DNA from: Heptranchias perlo | Taxonomy: Eukaryota | DNA: 64,000 bases | Assembly: GCF_035084215.1 (NCBI RefSeq) | Contig: NC_090352.1 | Location: 24,428,001 to 24,492,000, forward strand | Direction of reading: 5' to 3' | In this document: positions 37,264 to 46,490 of the stretch, piece by piece | Layout of the letters: the number at the start of each line of letters is the position of its first letter | Position numbering within the stretch: position 1 is the first letter of the stretch | Notes under the pieces: generated by a model | What the model saw: the letters and a program-made list of their open reading frames with translations, nothing else | What the model was told of the DNA's origin: nothing | Database searches by the model: none | Made by a program: the position numbers and the translations under genes

Positions 37264-40170
37264 AATCTCGCTACGAAAAGTCATAATAAGAATAAAACCG
37301 GACGGACCACTAGGCACCGGACACGACAACGGCAAAACACCAGGCCCAGTCGACCCTGCAAGGTCCTCCTGACTAACATCTGGGGACTTGTGCCAAAATT
37401 GGGAGAGCTGTCCCACAGACTAGTCAAGCAACAGCCTGACATAGCCATACTCACAGAATCATATCTTTCAGCCAACGTCCCAGACTCTTCCATCACCATC
37501 CCTGGGTATGTCCTGTCCCACCGGCAGGACAGACTCACCAGAGGTGGCGGTACAGTGATATACAGTCAGGAGGGAGTGGCCCTGGGAGTCCTCAACATTG
37601 ACTCTGGACCCCATGAAATCTCATGGCATCAGGTCAAACATGGGCAAGGAAACCTCCTGCTGATTACCACCTATCGTCCTCCCTCAGCTGATGAATCAGT
37701 CCTCCTCCATGTTGAGCACCACTTGGAGGAAGCACTGAGGGTAGCAAGGGCACAAAATGTACTCTGGGTGGGGGACTTCAATGTCCATCACCAAGAGTGG
37801 CTCGGTAGCACCACTACTGACCGAGCTGGCCGAGTCCTGAAGGACATAGCTGCTAGACTGGGCCTGCGGCAGGTGGTGAGCGAACCAACACGAGGGAAAA
37901 ACTTACTTGACCTCGTCCTCACCAATCTACCTGTCGCAAATGCAACTGTCCATGACAGTATTGGTAGGAGTGACCACCGCACAGTCCTCGTGGAGATGAA
38001 GTCCCGTCTTCGCACTGAGGACACCATCCAACGTGTTGTGTGGCACTACCACCGTGCTAAATGGGATAGATTCAGAACAGATCTAGCAGCTCAAAACTGG
38101 GCATCCATGAGGCGCTGCGGGCCATCAGCAGCAGCAGAATTGTATTCCACCACAATCTGTAACCTCATGGCCCGGCATATTCCTCACTCTACCATTACCA
38201 ACAAGCCAGGGGATCAACCCTGGTTCAATGAGGAGTGTAGAAGAGCATGCCAGGAGCAGCACCAGGCGTACCTAAAAATGAGGTGCCAACCTGGTGAAGC
38301 TACAACTCAGGACTACATGCATGCTAAACAGTGGAAGCAACATGCTATAGACAGAGCTAAGCGATTCCACAACCAACGGATCAGATCAAAGCTCTGCAGT
38401 CCTGCCACATCCAGTCGTGAATGGTGGTGGACAATTAAACAACTAACGGGAGGAGGAGGCTCTGCAAACATCCCCATTCTCAATGATGGCGGAGTCCAGC
38501 ACGTGAGTGCAAAAGACAAGGCTGAAGCGTTTGCAACCATCTTCAGCCAGAAGTGCCGAGTGGATGATCCATCTCAGCCTCCTCCCGATATCCCCACCAT
38601 CACGGAAGCCAGTCTTCGGCCAATTCGATTCACTCCACGTGATATCAAGAAATGGCTGAGTGCACTGGATACAGCAAAGGCTACAGGCCCCGACAGCATC
38701 CCAGCTGTAGTGCTGAAGACTTGTGCTCCAGAACTAGCTGCGCCTCTAGCCAAGCTGTTCCAGTACAGCTACAACACTGGCATCTACCCGACAATGTGGA
38801 AAATTGCCCAGGTATGTCCTGTCCACAAAAAGCAGGACAAATCCAATCCGGCCAATTACCGCCCCATCAGTCTACTCTCAATCATCAGCAAAGTGATGGA
38901 AGGTGTCGTCGACAGTGCTATCAAGCGGCACTTACTCACCAATAACCTGCTCACCGATGCTCAGTTTGGGTTCCGCCAGGACCACTCGGCTCCAGACCTC
39001 ATTACAGCCTTGGTCCAAACATGGACAAAAGAGCTGAATTCCAGAGGTGAAGTGAGAGTGACTGCCCTTGACATCAAGGCAGCATTTGACCGAGTGTGGC
39101 ACCAAAGATCCCTCGTAAAATTGAAGTCAATGGGAATCAGGGGGAAAACTCTCCAGTGGCTGGAGTCATACCTAGCACAAAGGAAGATGGTAGTGGTTGT
39201 TGGAGGCCAATCATCTCAGCCCTAGGGCATTGCTGCAGGAGTTCCTCAGGGCAGTGTCCTAGGCCCAACCATCTTCAGCTGCTTCATCAATGACCTTCCC
39301 TCCATCATAAGGTCAGAAATGGGGATGTTCGCTGATGACTGCAGAGTGTTCAGTTCCATTCGTAACCCCTCAGATAATGAAGCAGTCCGAGCCTGCATGC
39401 AGCAAGACCTGGACAACATCCAGGCTTGGGCTCATAAGTGGCAAGTAACATTCATGCCAGATAAGTGCCAGGCAATGACCATCTCCAACAAGAGAGAGTC
39501 TAACCACCTCCCCTTGACATTCAACGGCATTACCATCGCCGAATCCCCCACCATCAACATCCTGGGGGTCGCCATTGACCAGAAACTTAACTGGACCAGC
39601 CATATAAATACTGTGGCTACGAGAGCAGGTCAGAGGCTGGGTATTCTGCGGCGAGTGACTCACCTCCTGACTCCCCGAAGCCTTTCCACCATCTACAAGG
39701 CACAAGTCAGGAGTGTGATGGAATACTCTCCACTTGCCTGGATGAGTGCAGCTCCAACAACACTCAAGAAGCTCGACACCATCCAAGATAAAGCAGCTCG
39801 CTTGATTGGCACCCCATCCACCACCCTAAACATTCACTCCCTTCACCACCGGCGCACTGTGGCTGCAGTGTGCACCATCCACAGGATGCATTGCAGCAAC
39901 TCGCCAAGGCTTCTTCGACAGCACCTCCCAAACCCGCGACCTCTACCACCTAGAAGGACAAGAGCAGCAGGCACATGGGAACAACACCACCTGCACGTTC
40001 CCCTCCAAGTCACACACCATCCGGACTTGGAAATATATCGCCATTCCTTCATTGTCGCTGGGTCAAAATCCTGGAACTCCCTTCCTAACAGCACTGTGGG
40101 AGAACCGTCACCACACGGACTGCAGCGGTTCAAGAAGGCGGCTCACCACCACCTTCTCGAGGGCAATTAG
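37264..40170 (+). pseudogene. APE endonuclease-reverse transcriptase ORF with one premature stop
   Basis: The frame opens after TAA at 37261-37263 and contains NIWGL, PDIAILTES, GGG, YRPP, GDFN, SDH and all RT motifs including FADD. A single TAG at 39223-39225 is CAG in the other copy. ORFs 37390 and 39319 are in the same frame. Confidence 0.9.
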
Positions 40171-40814
40171 GGATGGGCAATAAATGTCGGCCTTGCCAGC
40201 GACGCCCACATCCCGTGAACGAATAAAAAAAAAGCTGAATGAAACTGTTTTTAAATCAGATTTACCAGTCTATCTACGGTCATACAACACAAAATATCTG
40301 TATTTTGTCACCATTACCATGAAAACATATGGCTGAAGATGTGTCTCCAAATGTGCTCACAGCAACAAAAAAAATGGTAAATGGAACTGTATGTTGCTAC
40401 ATGCATCTGTTTTTAATATGTAAATTTAGGAAGCAATTAGTAATTTTACCTATTTATCCATCTTGATTAACTTACCCCACCCACACTGGTAGGAAAACAA
40501 TTCTGCCTGTTTGGCCACACTGTGCAAAATTGGTTTACCTGGTGGAGACCAAACAGGGCTACATGAAAGAGAGTTGTAATGCTAATACTCAGTGGAAAGC
40601 CTAGGCCTCTTTCTTTTGGTGAGGCCCATTTGAACTCCCAACTATGATGATGTTGACTATCTCTGCGTGCCTGGGTAATTGCTCAGAATCCATCATATCT
40701 TGTCGGTGGAATTAAGAGCCATAGAAACTCAATGCAAAGGATTTCATATTTCAGTTTGAGAATATTAAAATATGGCTTGCTCCAGTGTTATTTGGTGTGC
40801 TGTGAGAATGGTGT

Positions 40815-41206
40815 TGGGATCTTGGGTTCATGTCACGCTACATGTAACCCCACCAGCGAAAATAGAGTTATCTGTTTTTAATACAACTGGTCATTCTCTC
40901 TCTTTTTCTCTTCCTTTCGGATGTTTCTCTCTCTCTCTCTCTCTGTCTTTGGGTTCTGACCGTTTGTATATTCAGTAGTCCTGTATGTAATGTCTCTCTG
41001 TCTGAACACTATTCGACTCCTTTGATTGCCTTGACAACGGGCAGTTGGAAAGATTATCTGTAATCACCAGGCATTGTTCTCTGACTATATATGCAGTACC
41101 TTCCATGGAATCCCACACTCACCTGACGAAGGAGAAAGCCTCCGAAAGCTTGTGATTTTCAAATAAAACTGTTGGACTATAACCTGGTGTTGTAAGATTC
41201 CTTACA
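40815..41206 (+). mobile_element. Penelope-like element 3' end/pseudo-LTR with a hammerhead motif
   Basis: Starts with gggatcttgggttcatgtcacgctac (DLGFMSRY, as in 30877-30905). Hammerhead at 41119-41155. Possible TSD aatggtgt at 40807-40814 and 41209-41216. Confidence 0.85.
41119..41155 (+). ncRNA. Minimal hammerhead ribozyme motif
   Basis: tcac-CTGACGA-a-ggag-aaagc-ctcc-GAAA-gctt-gtga, identical to 16081-16117. Confidence 0.7.
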
Positions 41207-41554
41207 ATAATGGTGTAAACAGGCAGACTACCCAGGTAGGTGCAGCACCTGCTGTCTGTGTGGGTACACTCTGATCATGGCATTGTGATGACTGTCAACT
41301 GAATTCACAATGAAGTCTTACCGTGTAGACTCTCACTAGGTGAGATTATTGTGATTTTAAACAACTTCTCCATACAGGTGTTTTAATGTCAGAATACCAG
41401 AACCCTAAACTTGGTAACTTGAATCAGTGTAATAAATCTAAATGCCGCTAAGTAGTGCTTAGACTTTGCAGCCATTGAAAAAAGACAATTTAGAAGATTA
41501 ATACATTTGTTATCTCCACTAAGCAATGATGTCCATAGTGCTTACAATCTCCTC

Positions 41555-43413
41555 TGGTAGAGCAAGAGACTATGGTGCCCGTTAGATAAAGAGACACTCG
41601 TCACATAGTAAATCTGCTGCTTTATAGTGTCCTCTGTGGAATGCAATAAATACCTGGACTCTCAGTCAGGCAAAATATTAATGCCTATTCTTATTTGTTC
41701 TTTCAATAGAACTTACAGAATTGATATTTAAGACTTTCTTGCACGTCCTTTAACAGAATTATTTTATAGCAATGGCTTTTCCAGAAAATGAATTTCTATT
41801 TGACAGCTCTTTGCCGCCATGATTTCATTAAAATTTGTGCTTCTTCAATAATGAACCTAAATCATCAACACAAAAAAGTGACACTCATTAACCTACAAAA
41901 GGGGAAGATGTAGTTTATCTTTTTTTCAAACACCATTTTTTGCATTGAAATTTTCCAGTTTAAAAGGTGTTAACACTCAACTTTTACACTACACCTCAGT
42001 AATAAATGATGTTCAGTTTTACAATAGCTAAGGTAGAACTAGTATTGATTAACTCTCAGCTAACCTATTCTTGGAGTTACGTGATTTATTACCTGCCGTT
42101 ATTTTTACGTTTGTTATCAAATCCGCCTTGTCTCCCTTGTTGATAGCTTACAGACAACAAACAGAAACAACTGTGACTGCCATAATGTGTATGTAATGGC
42201 TATCAGTGCGGAGTGATTAAAGGAATTTTGTCTTGAGTGCAATTGGCTTTTTAGCACTTAATTACAGTGCAGATGTTGATGTCTTGAGGTTTTGAGGCCC
42301 ATTTGTAGAAAACTGTTCTAAATTGCTGTGTAAATTTGAAAATGAATTTCCTTTAACATGATCAATTAATTAGAATCATAGAATCATAGAATCATAGAAG
42401 TTACAACATGGAAACAGGCCCTTCGGCCCAACATGTCCATGTCGCCCAGTTTATACCACTAAGCTAGTCCCAATTGCCTGCACTTGGCCCATATCCCTCG
42501 ATACCCATCTTCCCCATGTAACTGTCCAAATGCTTTTTAAAAGACAAAATTGTACCCGCCTCTACTACTGCCTCTGGCAGCTCGTTCCAGACACTCACCA
42601 CCCTTTGAGTGAAAAAATTGCCCCTCTGGATCCTTTTGTATCTCTCCCCTCTCACCTTAAATCTGTGCCCCCTCGTTATAGACTCCCCTACCTTTGGGAA
42701 AAGATTTTGACTATTTAACATTGGGATGCATGTGGCTAGTTTTTGCCCGCACTTGCAATTGACAGTAACAATGGTTCTAAGGGCAATACTGACTGCCACA
42801 GTACTGTGTTAATGGGAAATTAGCATCACTGCATGAATATTCAGGTATTGGTTTAAATACTTATGTTTGGTGTGCTGATGCACTGCAGAGTTTCTGCTGG
42901 AAAATTTGTGCTTCTTGTGGCTGCACACAGCATCTGGAGTATTAAGGGGCCATTGCCCCCACAACTCTAAATGCATGAAGCTAACAATTCAACAGAAAAG
43001 AAGAAAAAGGCATTAAGACTGTAAGGATCTCCGGTTCCAGCAGGGACATATATAGGGGGGAAAATACTGAGAATGATGGAAGTAATACCACCACAGTGAC
43101 ACCTTCACGATAGTGTTATTGATGATATCTGACCAAGACATGTGCAACATTACTTAAGAGTTTTTTTTTAAATCTCTTGGTGTCTTGAACCTTAGTCATT
43201 GGGTTGGGGGGGGTGGCGGGGGGCGGTGGAGGGGAGGGGAGGGGGGGAAAGAGAAGAGGAATTCAACTATGGCAGTTTAGTGGTAGAGCAAGAGAATATG
43301 TTGCCTGTTAGATAAAGATACACGCGTCACATAGTAAATCTGCTGCTTTATAGTGTCCTCTGTGGAATGCAATAAATATCTGGACTCTCAGTCAGGCAAA
43401 ATATTAATGCCTA
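41555..43413 (+). repeat. 133-bp direct repeat (41555-41687 and 43281-43413)
   Basis: Ungapped; 6 mismatches counted by eye. Confidence 0.9.
42371..42713 (-). mobile_element. CR1 3' fragment
   Basis: Encodes TRGHRFKVRG...NFFTQRVVSVWNELPE; (TTCTATGA)n tail. Confidence 0.9.
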
Positions 43414-43619
43414 AATAGCACTAGCTCCTTAGTTAGTGGTAACATTTAGCACCAGAGGGTTACCAGCGCCTGTAGACTACCCGAGCAGAGGTCATCACCA
43501 TCACGGAAAAGTTATCAAAAATTGGAAATAAAACAGTATATATATAAAGTAAAAGACTTCCATCTACGTAACACCTTAACATATCTCTCTGAAGTGTCTC
43601 AGAGCACTTCACATATCGT

Positions 43620-43855
43620 GAATTACATAGAATGTACAGCACAGAAACAGGCCATTCAGCCCAACTGGTCCATGCTGTTGTTTACGCTCCACACGAGCCT
43701 CCCCCCACCCCTCTTCATCGAACCCTTCAGCATAACCTTCTATTCCTTTCTCCCTCATATGTTTATCTTGCTTCCCCTTAAATGCATCTCTGCTATTCGC
43801 CTCAACTACTCCTTTAAGTAGCGGGTTCCACATCCTCACCACTGGGCAAAGAAAT
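43620..43855 (-). mobile_element. CR1 3' tail
   Basis: Encodes VVRMWN...DAFKGK.DKHMREKGIEGY and carries the tail hairpin. Confidence 0.8.
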
Positions 43856-44349
43856 TTACTTTGATGTGCAATGGGTGTTATGCAGGCAAGTGCAGCAGCC
43901 TGTTTATGGAATGATCCTATAAACATCAATGAAAAGAATTTTGTTTGGCGGTGGTACCAAGGACATTAGGATAAATATTAAATTCTTTTCACCTTTTACT
44001 CAAAATGCCATTTTGTTTCAAGAAGAATCTGAAAATAAAGCCTTTGAGGAAATTTGTGAATGGCAAATATATCTATTAAATTTTCACAAGACAATATTCA
44101 AGACAGAAGAATAATACTAAATGTTACAGTGTGCAAAGGATGTGGTGTGGAGCAAGATTTTACTTTTATGAGGAAGAATGGAGAATTAAATTCTTGCATT
44201 ATGTACCAAGGTTGGAAAAATAAATGCAGCTGCAGCACTCCGAGTTAAAAGGAAACTAGTTTGTAAGATTTGTTAAGGTGCCGCCCATTTTTTCTTGTCG
44301 CCCTTTCTCACTTGGCATTGTATAGGATAATTAGTGTCATATTGGATCA

Positions 44350-44722
44350 CTGGTAGCATTCTTGCATCTCGATCAGAAAGTTGGGTGTTCAAACTCCATG
44401 AGAAGGCGTGAATACATAAATTAGGCTGATGGAATACTGAGAAAGCACTGTACTCCTGGAGTCGCATGAGACCTTAAGCCAAATTCCTGTCTGCCAGTTC
44501 AGGTGAACTTGAAAGATTCAAAGGCCAACATGCATCCCTTAATCACCACTAAGGCAGATTAACTGGTTATTTATTTCACTACTGTTTGTTTAATTTTGCT
44601 GTGTGAATTGGCTGCCATGTTTCTCTGCAAAAACAATTACTACACTTCAAAAGCAATCCATCGGCTGTGAAGCACTTTGGGACACCCTATGCACGGTTCT
44701 ATATAAATGCAAGTTCTTTCTT
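44350..44722 (+). mobile_element. Deu-domain-like tRNA SINE (SacSINE1/AmnSINE1-like) with an L2-type tail
   Basis: tRNA-like head (gttcaaactcc), central aggctga...tactgag..agcactg, and tail ctacacttcaaaag...gcactttgggac...tatataaatgcaagttctttcttt shared with the L2 ends. Family name from recall. Confidence 0.65.
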
Positions 44723-45169
44723 TAAGTAAATTGGTAGCAGTATGGGCTGCAAGTTGTATTTAAACCTAATAAAAAGGACTCAAACCTGTGCCTCCAGTAG
44801 AATGGCTGCGGGCCATAGGTACATCTGTCTTTGTTAACGCGTATGAGTTTGCATTGCATATCTAGTACAGCTTGATCTGAATGACACTTGGTTTTGGAGA
44901 CATCTGGCATGCACCATTACCTACTCAAGAAAGCAGGCAGGCAAGCAGTCTGTGTGTAATCTATACAGACCCCCCTGCATTAGCATAAGACCCTTTATCA
45001 AACTAACGATTATTGGTGAAGATGTCACAACAGACCCATAGTTCCTTTTAAAATTGCCCCTGTGGCATATTCGTCTCTAAGTGAGGCAATTCTTCAACCT
45101 TAGACCAAAAGGGTTGGACCTGTGCAAAGTGTTTTCTTTCTTTAGCTTTTGCAGTATTTGCATACATTT

Positions 45170-45363
45170 TTGAGAAGTGCATAATTCGGGAGGGGAAAAA
45201 TGGAGTATTCCGCCACACAAGCTCCCTTCTTCCATGCCAGCTACTTTTTTAAGCGATTTTCAAAATGTTTGTGGGGAAGATTTACTCTGTGTCGCATGTA
45301 ACAAAATTGTCAATTCCATTTGCGATTTTGGTGCACGTAACATACAGAGGAAACTTTCTCCCT
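45170..45363. mobile_element. Short MITE-like element
   Basis: Short stretch with weak dyad symmetry ending gaaactttctcccc. Confidence 0.25.
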
Positions 45364-45629
45364 AGGTGTCCATTTTGTAATGCAGTGTTGGAGTTGCTTC
45401 ACAAAAGAATAAAACACACTAAAAAACTGATACTCTTTAGGTTTTAAAATCAAGTGAAGCATTCCAATACACCTTGATTCATTATGACAAAAAGCTGAAG
45501 TGATTGTTTAAGATCAAATCAGAATAGGTCCTAAGAGGGCCTAGTCGTGTTGTATTGTAATGGATAGGTTATGATTTTATTGGTTTCACAAATCCTATTG
45601 AAGTTTCAGAAATAAATGGTTTTGTGTAT

Positions 45630-45808
45630 GGAGTAGTGGTATTGGGCTAGCACACTGCCCTTTCCCCTCTGCGACCTGTGCTCTAATCTAGCTCAGAATG
45701 ATGGGGTAAAAATCTCATCTTTCTACTACCAGTAAAGGTTTTATATGAAATGAGTCTGCAGCAACTTCAGCACTGTTGCTAATGGCCTTTAGGCCAAAGC
45801 AAAAAAAC
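45630..45808 (+). mobile_element. LF-SINE-like ancient tRNA SINE 5' part
   Basis: gccctttcccctctgcgacctgtgctctaatctagctcag...tatatgaaatgagt resembles the recalled LF-SINE consensus (GCCTTTCACCTCT...AATCCAGCCCAG...TATGTGAAATGAGT). Confidence 0.4.
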
Positions 45809-46064
45809 TTCATATAGGTCAGATCAGGTAAGGATGACAAGTTTGTTTCCCTAAAGGACATTAGTGAACCAGTTGGGTTTTTACAACAATCCGACAGCTT
45901 CATGGTCACTTTTACTGGTACCAGCTTTTTATTTCCAGATTTTTTTTCAACTGAATTCAAATTCTGAAAATGTCATGATGGGATTTGAACTCATGATCTC
46001 TAAATTAATAGTCCAGGCTCTGGATCACTAGTTCAATAACATAACCGCTATGCTACCATACCCC
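45809..46064 (-). mobile_element. tRNA-headed SINE (LINE 36918 family), head only
   Basis: The minus strand reads ggggtatggTAGCATAGCGGttatgtta...GAGTTCAAATCC..., collinear with 36918-37190. Confidence 0.8.
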
Positions 46065-46245
46065 CTAAAGGAGGAGGTAGAGAGCAGAGACATTTGAAGA
46101 TAGAATTCAAGAGAGTGGGATCCAAGTGGCTAGAAGCATAAGTGCCAATGGTAGGGTGAAGAGAGGTGGTTGCACAAGAGGCCAGAGCCAGAGGAAAGAA
46201 GAGTTTGAGGTGGGTTGAGAGGGCTGCAGGAGGTTAGAGAGATTG
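46065..46245 (-). mobile_element. L2 fragment
   Basis: The reverse complement matches 49230-49420 (ctctaacctcctgcagccct...gaattc...cctttag). Confidence 0.55.
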
Positions 46246-46274
46246 GTGATCCTAAGGCATGTCAGGTTGTTCAA

Positions 46275-46490
46275 CTGGCTAAGCCTGATTCTGTCATCAT
46301 ACAGCATCCACACGCACTCACTTACTTGTTCATCGAGGGGTCACTGGATAGCAATCAGGAGCAAGAACCTGATTTTTCTTTTCCCCTCTCTAGTCCAGAG
46401 CCACTCTGGCCAATTGTAGTGCCCTTGCCTAAGGTCAGCTAAATGATCACAGATCAAACCTGGTACCTTCTAGGTCTGTATGGTTTAATT
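46275..46490 (-). mobile_element. tRNA-derived SINE (second family)
   Basis: ggggtcactggatagcaatcaggag...ggccaattgtagtgccc...cagctaa; homologous to 9515-9770. Confidence 0.5.

Larger units (their letters stand above)
36918..40233 (+). mobile_element. Apparently full-length ~3.3 kb single-ORF APE-RT non-LTR retrotransposon with a tRNA-derived 5' head
   Basis: Head 36918-37260 is homologous to the SINE heads in this window. It is followed by a single APE-RT frame 37264-40170, a 3' stem-loop gggatgggc...gcccacatccc and an A tail. Confidence 0.92.

Noticed and set aside
41555-41687. H/ACA snoRNA (133 nt, one hairpin, ANANNA on the minus strand)
   Set aside because: No terminal ACA box, a poor first hairpin, and differences between the two copies are not compensatory.
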